Positions 18,908 through 26,800 of a DNA stretch of 37,371 nt are shown piece by piece. The stretch comes from Candidatus Micrarchaeota archaeon. Lineage in GTDB: Archaea > Micrarchaeota > Micrarchaeia > Anstonellales > Bilamarchaeaceae. A program made the position numbers and the translations under genes. The notes beneath the pieces are model-generated. The model searched no databases, was not told where the DNA came from, and saw only the letters and a list, made by a program, of their open reading frames with translations. The stretch spans positions 1-37,371 of the forward strand of contig DYTL01000001.1 of assembly GCA_020726005.1 (NCBI GenBank). The letters run 5' to 3'. Each line of letters begins with the position of its first letter. The stretch's first letter is position 1.

Positions 18908-20560
18908 ATGTTAGATGTTTTTGATAAATTTAGGGAATACTCAGTTGCCGAATTTTTTAAAAAAAACAGGCAAATGCTTGGATTTTCAGGGAAAATAAGG
19001 AGTTTAACTACTATTGTTCATGAATATGTAAGCAATTCGCTTGATGCATGCGAAGAATACGAAATACTTCCGGAAATAAAAATTGAGTTAAGGGAATTAG
19101 AAAACGGAAATATTGTTGTGAAAGTTCAAGATAACGGAATAGGAATTCCTGAAAAACTTATAGGAAAAGCGCTCGGGCAGATGCTCGCAGGAACGAAATT
19201 CACACGTTATGCGCAGCAACGAGGACAACAAGGAATTGGCGCATCCGGATGCACTATGTATGCGCTGCTAACTACAGGAAAACCAATTTACGTTGAATCA
19301 AGATATGATAAAACATTAGTAAAATGCAATTTAACAATAGATTTCAAATCCAACAGGCCAGTGTTAACTAATCTACAAAAACAACAGATTTTAGAGGGAC
19401 AATCGCAACAGCGATTGGATATTGTAAAAGAAAAAAATATTGATGGAACAGGAGTGCTTATAGAAGCCGAATTCGGAGACGTGAAATATGATGGCGGTGT
19501 TTATGGGATATATGAATATCTAAAAAGAACCGCGCTTGCGAATCCACATGCACAAATAACTTTAATAGAACCAAATGGAAACAGTGCGTTTTTCCCTAGA
19601 AGTGATAATAAAATACCTCCAAAACCAAAGGATATACTTCCACACCCATTAGGAATTACTGCGCATGATTTGATTGATTTTGCGAAACGCAGTGAAAATA
19701 ATAATATTTCATCATTTTTACAACAATCATTTTCAAGGATGAGTGCAAATAAAGTACAGGAGATAAAAACACTCACTCAAGAAATGAATTTTGGAAAAAA
19801 ACCAAAGGATTTGAACTGGGAGGAAGCAGATAAATTAGTAAAGATATTCAAACAAATGAAGTGGATCGCTCCAGCAGTGGATAGTATAATACCGATAGGA
19901 AAAGAACAAATAGAAAAAGCAATGAAGAATATACTTATACCTGAGTTTATAGCAATTGCGGAAAGAAATCCAAAGGTTTTTAGAGGTGGAATTCCGTTTT
20001 TGGTTGAAGTAGCTATCGCATACGGAGGAAATTCCGGAAAATCTAATGCTGAAGGAAAACGAAGCGGAGATATAATACGATTTGCAAATAAAGTGCCACT
20101 TCTATTTGATGCGGGAGCATGTGGACTTACAGAGGCAGTAAAGAATTTAGATTGGAAAAGATACGGAATAAAAAATTTTGATGAATGCGCAATAACAATT
20201 TTAATAAATTTTGTATCTGTGCACGTTCCTTATACAGGAGCAGGAAAACAATCCATAGCGCAGGATGAAGAAATTTTGGATGAAATAAGAAACGCGGTTC
20301 AGGAAACTGCACGTATAATGCAAAAGTATATAGGAAACGTAGTGCGCGAACGAGAGAAAGAAGGAAAAAAGAAAGCTGTTTTAAGATATATCGAACAATT
20401 ATCCAAGGACCTTTCCGAACTTTCAAACGGAAAAAATACTGATGAATTAACGAGAAAACTTATTGAAATAGTTGAAAAGAAATATAGTGGCGAAACAAAG
20501 GAAGAGAAAACTGAAATTACAAACAAAAAAGAGGGAATAGAAAAATCCATAGAAGAATAA
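18908..20560 (+). CDS. top6B: DNA topoisomerase VI subunit B
   Basis: 550 aa with GHKL ATPase motifs VHEYVSNSLDACEE and DNGIGIP, and a transducer domain. It lies directly upstream of top6A. Confidence 0.95.
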   Translation: MLDVFDKFREYSVAEFFKKNRQMLGFSGKIRSLTTIVHEYVSNSLDACEEYEILPEIKIELRELENGNIVVKVQDNGIGIPEKLIGKALGQMLAGTKFTRYAQQRGQQGIGASGCTMYALLTTGKPIYVESRYDKTLVKCNLTIDFKSNRPVLTNLQKQQILEGQSQQRLDIVKEKNIDGTGVLIEAEFGDVKYDGGVYGIYEYLKRTALANPHAQITLIEPNGNSAFFPRSDNKIPPKPKDILPHPLGITAHDLIDFAKRSENNNISSFLQQSFSRMSANKVQEIKTLTQEMNFGKKPKDLNWEEADKLVKIFKQMKWIAPAVDSIIPIGKEQIEKAMKNILIPEFIAIAERNPKVFRGGIPFLVEVAIAYGGNSGKSNAEGKRSGDIIRFANKVPLLFDAGACGLTEAVKNLDWKRYGIKNFDECAITILINFVSVHVPYTGAGKQSIAQDEEILDEIRNAVQETARIMQKYIGNVVREREKEGKKKAVLRYIEQLSKDLSELSNGKNTDELTRKLIEIVEKKYSGETKEEKTEITNKKEGIEKSIEE

Positions 20561-20572
20561 ACGGTGCTGTAC

Positions 20573-21718
20573 ATGAATCCAAAAAAAATTGAAGATCAAG
20601 AACAAAAAACACTTTTTGGATTAGGAGAAAAAGAAACACTTTTTAGATTGGAAGGATTTGGAAAAAAACTTATTGAAGAAGTTCAAAAAGGAGAAGAACC
20701 AAAATTCCAAATGCCACTTCGAAGTAGGAGTAATATATTATATGATGAAGGAATGAAGTTCTTGCGTATAGGAAATAAGAAAGAGGAAAGAAGATTTGTT
20801 AGCGTAGGACAGGCAAAGAAATTCATGCAAACCATTGCAATTGCAAATAAAGCAAAAAAATTTATCAGCGAAGATTTACATACTTCTATTAGAGGTCTTT
20901 ATTACCAACTCAAAGTCACGCTTGGAGAAGACATAGACGAAGAATTATTTTCCGAGCAGAGCGAATCCAATGAACTTATAGAAGATTTGGAAGTCGCGCT
21001 TTCAGTAAAACGAGAGGACTTTAATTTAACTACGGATAGAAAGGGGGTTGTTGCAGGTCCGCTTAAAATAATGGATACTTTTGCTGGAGAAGAAACAATA
21101 ATAGATGGAACGAAAATGGGAAGAAGTGGATGGATGATTCCGAGCGACGTAGATAATGGAATGGAGTTTATAGATGTAACTGCAAAATACGTACTTGTAA
21201 TTGAAAAAGACGCAATTTGGCAGCGATTAAATGAGGATAAATTCTGGAAAAAAGAAAATTGCATAATTATTACTCCAAAAGGACAAGCATCGCGAGGAAC
21301 GCGAAGATTGATAAGGAAACTTGCGGATAAAGGATTACCAATATATGCGTTTACAGATTGTGATGCGTGGGGTTGGTATATTTATTGGACTATTAAAACC
21401 GGAAGCATGAATCTTGCGTATTTAGGAAGGGATTTTGCAGTTCCAGAAATGAAATTTATTGGAGTAACTATGAAAGATATAAATAATTATGGTTTTTTAC
21501 AAAAACTTACTATAAATGCAAAAGAAGTTGATTTAAAGCGAGCAGAGGAAATGCTTAGTTATCCATGGATAAACGCACACAAACAATGGATAGAGGAACT
21601 TAAAATGGTTTTAAAAACCAAAAAGAAATTAGAACAAGATGCGCTTCAAGGACAAAAACTAACTTTTGTAGGTGAATATATTAAGAAAAAAATTGAAATA
21701 AATGATTTAATGCCGTAA
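20573..21718 (+). CDS. top6A: DNA topoisomerase VI subunit A (Spo11 homologue)
   Basis: The track ORF starts at GTG 20564. ATG 20573 follows GGTG at 6 nt. It has the catalytic Tyr context IRGLYYQL, the Toprim Glu in VIEKDAIW, and FTDCDAWGWYIY (DxD). Confidence 0.95.
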   Translation: MNPKKIEDQEQKTLFGLGEKETLFRLEGFGKKLIEEVQKGEEPKFQMPLRSRSNILYDEGMKFLRIGNKKEERRFVSVGQAKKFMQTIAIANKAKKFISEDLHTSIRGLYYQLKVTLGEDIDEELFSEQSESNELIEDLEVALSVKREDFNLTTDRKGVVAGPLKIMDTFAGEETIIDGTKMGRSGWMIPSDVDNGMEFIDVTAKYVLVIEKDAIWQRLNEDKFWKKENCIIITPKGQASRGTRRLIRKLADKGLPIYAFTDCDAWGWYIYWTIKTGSMNLAYLGRDFAVPEMKFIGVTMKDINNYGFLQKLTINAKEVDLKRAEEMLSYPWINAHKQWIEELKMVLKTKKKLEQDALQGQKLTFVGEYIKKKIEINDLMP

Positions 21719-21815
21719 TGTAAAAATATTCTTAAAGAAATTTTTTAACCGGATTTAAAGTAAAAGGAGCAGAAATATAATATTGGAAAATTATTTAATC
21801 TTCTAATGGTTCAGA

Positions 21816-21910
21816 CGCAGAGAAAGAGATTTGAACTCTTAAGCCCATGAGGGCATATGCTAACTGGAAATTTTCCAGGCATACGCGTTACCAGGTTCCG
21901 CCATCTCTGC
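21816..21910 (-). tRNA. tRNA-Ser (anticodon GGA), class II with long variable arm, carrying an 11-nt intron
   Basis: Hand fold of the minus strand. The acceptor is GCAGAGA/TCTCTGC with discriminator G. The anticodon stem is TATGC/GCATA. The variable arm is GCCC-TCAT-GGGC. The T arm is AAGAG-TTCAAAT-CTCTT. There are 18 nt between the anticodon stem halves instead of 7. Confidence 0.85.
21862..21872 (-). other. Predicted tRNA intron (AAUUUCCAGUU) at canonical position 37/38 of tRNA-Ser
   Basis: Nucleotides 32-35 (CUGG) pair with intron CCAG as a 4-bp helix. The 3' junction sits in a 3-nt bulge UU|A next to the anticodon stem. Confidence 0.6.
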
Positions 21911-21988
21911 ATGAATATTACAATATCCTGAACCAAATAAATAAAGCGTTCGTTGTACTCTTTTATAATATCAGAGAGATAATTATTG

Positions 21989-22891
21989 TTAAATATATAT
22001 TAGATCACTATTTTTTAAATTCTGTAGATGAATTCGTTCGGTTTTTACTACAATACCGTTATTCATTTTTTTTATTTCATCGCAGGAAAAAAGGCTTGTA
22101 CCCATACCGATGAATTTATTTTCTTTTGAATAAATTGCAATTGTTTCTCCTTTTGCAAAATTTTCAAATTTACTTATTCCTGGAATTGCAAGTTGCACAC
22201 CATTCAAAAGTGAAACAACAGTAGAATTTTTCACGAATATTTTTTTGTAATTTTTTAAATATTCTTCAACAGGAAGTAATATATTGCGTAATGCATTTTC
22301 ATCATTTTTGGATTTCCATAACCATACTGCATCAGAAAAATCCTGCATTTTTATTGCTTTTTTTTCCAAAATGTCGCCCACTGCAATACGTCGTAGTTCT
22401 TCCATTCTTGCGCCTTCAACAAGTTTACCTAGATCGTCGCAGAGCGTTCTTATATAAGTGCCTGCTTGTGTTTTTGTTTCGAAAAGCACGAATTTTCCAT
22501 TCTGTTCAAGAAATTTTATATAATGAATAAATCGCTTGCGTGGAATTTTGCGAACTGCACTAATTTTAGGAGGAATCTGGATTATTTTTCCCTCAAATTT
22601 TTTGAAAAGCGAGAGCACTTTTTCAATTGACTGTTCGGTTTTGAATTTAATTATGCAAACATACGTTTTATCTTTTGCTACGATATAATCTAAAAGTTTA
22701 GTTGCACGACCCAATGCAATTGGAAGAACACCGCTTACATTTGGATCCAAAGTTCCAGCATGCCCGGTTTTTTTCGCGCCAATGATTTTCTTTACCAATG
22801 AAGTTATCTCATGACTAGATAATTTTGGTGGTTTATCTATTATAATTACAGAAGAATCAAGAAGTTCTTTAATAGTTTGCACCTGAACCAC
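21989..22891 (-). CDS. cbf5: H/ACA RNP pseudouridine synthase Cbf5 (TruB family with C-terminal PUA domain)
   Basis: 300 aa with the catalytic motif GHAGTLDPNVSGVLPIALG. It occupies the conserved position after rpl14e. Confidence 0.9.
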   Translation of the reverse strand: MVQVQTIKELLDSSVIIIDKPPKLSSHEITSLVKKIIGAKKTGHAGTLDPNVSGVLPIALGRATKLLDYIVAKDKTYVCIIKFKTEQSIEKVLSLFKKFEGKIIQIPPKISAVRKIPRKRFIHYIKFLEQNGKFVLFETKTQAGTYIRTLCDDLGKLVEGARMEELRRIAVGDILEKKAIKMQDFSDAVWLWKSKNDENALRNILLPVEEYLKNYKKIFVKNSTVVSLLNGVQLAIPGISKFENFAKGETIAIYSKENKFIGMGTSLFSCDEIKKMNNGIVVKTERIHLQNLKNSDLIYI

Positions 22892-22920
22892 ACAAAAATA
22901 AAGAGTACTATAAATAAAAA

Positions 22921-23103
22921 TTATTCGGTTCGTGAAGTTGGTTCAATATGAAGAATAGAGCATTTACTTTCCTTACCGTTTTTACTTTTTACCATTACAA
23001 AGTTATTATCAATAATATTTGTTATGATAACTTCTTCACCTGCGTCCGCACCTTTTTTCTTTATGCATATTCTTCCTATTTTTATTGCACTCATTAATAT
23101 CAC
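22921..23103 (-). CDS. rpl14e: Ribosomal protein eL14 (L14e), unusually short KOW/SH3-only form
   Basis: 60 aa with IKIGRICIKKKGADAGEEVIITNIIDNNFVMV, which is KOW-like. It holds the conserved cmk-rpl14e-cbf5 position and has an ATGA overlap with the cmk stop. Confidence 0.6.
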   Translation of the reverse strand: MILMSAIKIGRICIKKKGADAGEEVIITNIIDNNFVMVKSKNGKESKCSILHIEPTSRTE

Positions 23104-23615
23104 CGTTTTTTTATTTCGACTATTTTTGCGATAATCTCTGTTATTTCTTTCGGAGAAAATTTGGCAGAGTTGAACAAAACATCAAAAATATTAGTGTCAA
23201 ATATATCTACATTATAAAGTTTAAGGTAGCGCTTACGATTTTGATTCTCGCGCTTTTTTAGCATATTCTTCGCTTCATGAATTGAGATATTATCACGTTT
23301 TGCAACTCTTTTTGCTCTTACCTCAATAGATGCAAACAACCAGACACGCAAATCCGCATTTACCATCCAGGGGGATAACCAAGTTGTAATTACGCAATTA
23401 CCTTTTTTCGCCTCGTTTTTTAAATACTCATCAAATTTTAAATCAATATTTTTGTTTTTCTCGGCTTTTTTTTGGAATTCTATAAGGGAAATTTTTTCTT
23501 TTTTTGCGAGCTCTTTGAATGAAGGAGAAATTACTGAATATCCGAGTTTTTGTGCTAATATTTTACCTAAGGTAGTTTTACCGCTTCCTCCAAAGCCCGC
23601 AATAGTAATTATCAT
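23100..23615 (-). CDS. cmk: Cytidylate kinase (archaeal type)
   Basis: 171 aa with P-loop IITIAGFGGSGKTT. It holds the conserved rpl34e-cmk-rpl14e position. Confidence 0.8.
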   Translation of the reverse strand: MIITIAGFGGSGKTTLGKILAQKLGYSVISPSFKELAKKEKISLIEFQKKAEKNKNIDLKFDEYLKNEAKKGNCVITTWLSPWMVNADLRVWLFASIEVRAKRVAKRDNISIHEAKNMLKKRENQNRKRYLKLYNVDIFDTNIFDVLFNSAKFSPKEITEIIAKIVEIKKR

Positions 23616-23631
23616 TTTTATTCCATTAACT

Positions 23632-23946
23632 TTATTTTTTCATTATTTGTTCTACATAATTTTTATATACAAAGTCAACATTATCTATGTTTTTTGCTCT
23701 TTCTCTTATACGCAATGCGTCTTTTATCACGCGTGCACAGCAAATGTGACACAAATGTCCACCAAATTTTCTTGAAACAGATTTTTCGGTTTTAGAACCA
23801 AAATTTATTCCAGCAAGTTGTTTTTTACAAACCGCGCACGAAACTTTTAGCTTTGCTTTTCTTCGTACAAAAATGAATTTTGTTCCTTTAGAAGTTTTTC
23901 TTGGAAGTTTTTTGTATTTAGTTGAACGATTTTTCGGTATTGGCAT
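23632..23946 (-). CDS. rpl34e: Ribosomal protein eL34 (L34e)
   Basis: 104 aa with a basic N-terminus and a CxxC...CxxC zinc ribbon (CAVCKKQ...CHICCARV). The position is conserved. Confidence 0.85.
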   Translation of the reverse strand: MPIPKNRSTKYKKLPRKTSKGTKFIFVRRKAKLKVSCAVCKKQLAGINFGSKTEKSVSRKFGGHLCHICCARVIKDALRIRERAKNIDNVDFVYKNYVEQIMKK

Positions 23947-23964
23947 TTTAACACCTCATTATTT

Positions 23965-24765
23965 TTATTTTTTTAATATGTATTTTTTTATTAATAAAAC
24001 TAAAGGATTAATTAACAATCCTATTATTATTGCGGAAAAGATAAACCAACTCTGTGAATCATAAATCCTGCGAAGGTTTATTAAAGGTATTGTAACAGGT
24101 AAATCGACGTAAAAGCGAGTGCCGGAATTAAAAGTTGCAACTACATCGTGTGCATCGGTTGGAACAGTTGCATAAATCATAACCCTACTATTAGAGGAAT
24201 ATGTCTCTTTGTCAGTGTGCACTGGCATTTGGGATGCTTTAGTTTGTATCCATAAAAGCTCATCTGTTTTCTGTCCAACAAAAAATACCGTTTGATTCAT
24301 TGCTATCTCAGTTCTGTTATTATAAGCAACAATTGTCGCATACCAAAAGTTTTGTGTTGCATTTTTAAGTACGAAAGAACCAGAATAAATATTATCGCTA
24401 TTGTTAGTTTTAGTAAGGTTTATGGAAAAATCATCTTTTAGAGTAGGATCGGCGTATCCAGTTACCCAAGTGAATGCAATAAATATTCCAATAATAACAA
24501 CCATCATTTTCATCTGACTCATTAACAGTTTGTTCATCATTGGCATAAGTTCCTCATTCATTTTGGAAATTTCGTCCATTTTACGTTTGTTGTTGTTTTT
24601 TGCCGCTTCCTTATAAAGTTCGTTTATCTGTTTGGATTTTTCCTGAATACTTTTCATCATGTTGGAATCCATAAGTTTAGATTGGATTATGCGAATTAAA
24701 ATCACGTATATTATTGAAAGTGCAATTACAAAATAAAAATAAGGAGTAATATCCATAAAAATCAC
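23965..24765 (-). CDS. DUF106 / EMC3-TMCO1-like membrane protein (archaeal Oxa1-superfamily insertase candidate) with a large inserted loop
   Basis: 266 aa. The layout is TM1, a cytoplasmic coiled coil (QEKSKQINELYKEAAKNNNKRKMDEISKMNEELMPMMNKLLMSQMK), TM2, a ~130-aa insertion and TM3. It holds the conserved adk-DUF106-rpl34e position. Confidence 0.75.
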   Translation of the reverse strand: MIFMDITPYFYFVIALSIIYVILIRIIQSKLMDSNMMKSIQEKSKQINELYKEAAKNNNKRKMDEISKMNEELMPMMNKLLMSQMKMMVVIIGIFIAFTWVTGYADPTLKDDFSINLTKTNNSDNIYSGSFVLKNATQNFWYATIVAYNNRTEIAMNQTVFFVGQKTDELLWIQTKASQMPVHTDKETYSSNSRVMIYATVPTDAHDVVATFNSGTRFYVDLPVTIPLINLRRIYDSQSWFIFSAIIIGLLINPLVLLIKKYILKK

Positions 24766-24770
24766 GTAGA

Positions 24771-25316
24771 TTAATCTAAAAGCAAAGCGAATTTTTCAAT
24801 TGCTTCCTGAAGCTTATTGTCACGATTGAGTATTATAGTTGCAGGAGCGCCAGTAAATGCGGAATATGCAGCTAAATATGCTTTATTCATCTGGTCATGC
24901 TCAATTATTTCATCTTTATTCATTTCACGCGTTCGCGCGCAATCATTTTTTCTTCTATTATATATCTCATCTATTGTTGCAGAAAGCAAAATCAAGCGTT
25001 CAACTTTAAGTTTTTTCAGTAAATCAAACGGAAGACCAGGAAGATATCCTTTCGTAGTTTGGATTGAACAGTGCGTATCAAGTATATTTTTTTTGTCCAT
25101 TTTAGAAAGTTTAAGTGCAACATCTTTTTGAATCGCTTTTTGTCGTGTAATTGATGCCTTACGTATTTCATCTCTCTTTTGAAGTCCGTATCTTTTTTTG
25201 AACATTTCGAACATAAGGTTGCCGTAATTCACTATTTTATAGTTTGGTTTTATTTGTTTTACTCCATCAAGGACCGAACTTTTTCCAACGCCAGGTACAC
25301 CCATAAGTATTATCAT
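24771..25316 (-). CDS. adkA: Adenylate kinase (archaeal AdkA type)
   Basis: 181 aa with P-loop LMGVPGVGKSS. It lies immediately downstream of secY, as in most archaea. Confidence 0.85.
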   Translation of the reverse strand: MIILMGVPGVGKSSVLDGVKQIKPNYKIVNYGNLMFEMFKKRYGLQKRDEIRKASITRQKAIQKDVALKLSKMDKKNILDTHCSIQTTKGYLPGLPFDLLKKLKVERLILLSATIDEIYNRRKNDCARTREMNKDEIIEHDQMNKAYLAAYSAFTGAPATIILNRDNKLQEAIEKFALLLD

Positions 25317-25328
25317 TTTAAAACCAAT

Positions 25329-26747
25329 CTACGCAAAGATTCGAGATATTTGCGGATATATATCAAACACCTTAAGTTTTTCAAATTCTTCGTATAGTTT
25401 ATATAAAATACCAACTGTAAGTAAAATTCCGGTTCCTGTTCCTAATGCACCAGTAAGATCGGCAAGACCTGCGAGAAGACCTACAGAAGCACTGCTCGTA
25501 ATTATAAGTGGTGAAATATATTTTCCCAAAACTTTTTCAAGTAAACGCGGATCTCTTCTGTATCCAGGAATCTGAAGACCGGATTTGTTAAGTTGATCTG
25601 CCACGCTTTTCGCATCCATATTACTTGTTTCAGCCCAAAATATACCGAAAAATATGCATGTAACCGTTAAGAAGACTACATATATAATTGCATGTATCCA
25701 TTCAGGAATATGAAAATGTGGAGTGTCCTGTAAAAGATAATCAAAGTGTGCACTCATCCCTCCTCGTGCATAAATTGGAGTAATCAGATAAATAAAACCG
25801 TCGCGAACTGTTTTATCTGAATCTACGAAACCGATATAATTCACAATATTCTCATCACCGAACATCCAATTCTGATCAGCAAGCGTAGTAAGTAATGGTG
25901 CTGCAAAAAGCTGAATATTAAGTAAAAGCGCAGATGCAAAAATTACTGGAATGTTTGAAACATAAAAAAATTTGAGCGGAAGTTTGGGAATAATGCCTCT
26001 AATAGCTTCATATGCAACAGGAATTTCCACTTTCATTCCTTCTGCATATACACAAATAAGAAAAACAAATATAGTAAATACAAATGGAAGGAGAATAGTT
26101 AATGATAATGGTATTGCATCCGCGCCACCTTCCATAAGTGTTTGCGTTACTCCACCTAAACCAAATATAAGATTTGAAAGACCCCCTAATATACTCAACG
26201 AAACACCTGCTGCAATAAAGAGGCTTATACCGCTTCCTATTCCATATTTGGAAATTGTTTCATCAAGATAAAATAATATCATTGCACCCATTACAATCTG
26301 CGCAATTACTAACACAACAATTAAAGTTCCTGCATTTTCTATAAGTATTGTTTTTCCAGTTGAAACAAAAATTGCTGCTTCAAGAACTGCAAGTACAAAT
26401 GCCAGTACTTTTTGTACTTCATGAAATTTTTTTCTATCTCCCGTATTGTTCATATCAAGATTAATCAATCCTGCACCTTTGAAAAGTTGAAGAAAAATTG
26501 ATGCGAGAACAATTGGACCTATACCCACAGTAAGAAGTGAGCCGATTTTGGAAGCAGTAATAACCTGAAGAAAATCAATATCGTGTGTTTTTTTTACTCC
26601 AAAGGCAGTAACATTGTACATTACAAAAAATATTACCAAAGCTGCAGCAGTCCACATTATTTTTTCTCGTACTGAAATAGGACTGTCAGGTTTTTTCACT
26701 TCTGGAAAACTTCTTGATATTGATGCAAGTTTATCTATTATGCCCAT
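25329..26747 (-). CDS. secY: Preprotein translocase subunit SecY
   Basis: About 472 aa with a 10-TM pattern. The track ORF begins at a TTG. ATG 26747 follows GGTGA. Confidence 0.95.
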   Translation of the reverse strand: MGIIDKLASISRSFPEVKKPDSPISVREKIMWTAAALVIFFVMYNVTAFGVKKTHDIDFLQVITASKIGSLLTVGIGPIVLASIFLQLFKGAGLINLDMNNTGDRKKFHEVQKVLAFVLAVLEAAIFVSTGKTILIENAGTLIVVLVIAQIVMGAMILFYLDETISKYGIGSGISLFIAAGVSLSILGGLSNLIFGLGGVTQTLMEGGADAIPLSLTILLPFVFTIFVFLICVYAEGMKVEIPVAYEAIRGIIPKLPLKFFYVSNIPVIFASALLLNIQLFAAPLLTTLADQNWMFGDENIVNYIGFVDSDKTVRDGFIYLITPIYARGGMSAHFDYLLQDTPHFHIPEWIHAIIYVVFLTVTCIFFGIFWAETSNMDAKSVADQLNKSGLQIPGYRRDPRLLEKVLGKYISPLIITSSASVGLLAGLADLTGALGTGTGILLTVGILYKLYEEFEKLKVFDIYPQISRIFA

Positions 26748-26800
26748 CAATTCACCAATATAATACCTTTTGATTTTGATATTTTATATATTATATTTAT

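Noticed and set aside
21847-22113. 88-aa plus-strand ORF
   Set aside because: It overlaps the tRNA-Ser gene and the 3' end of cbf5 on the opposite strand, so it is spurious.
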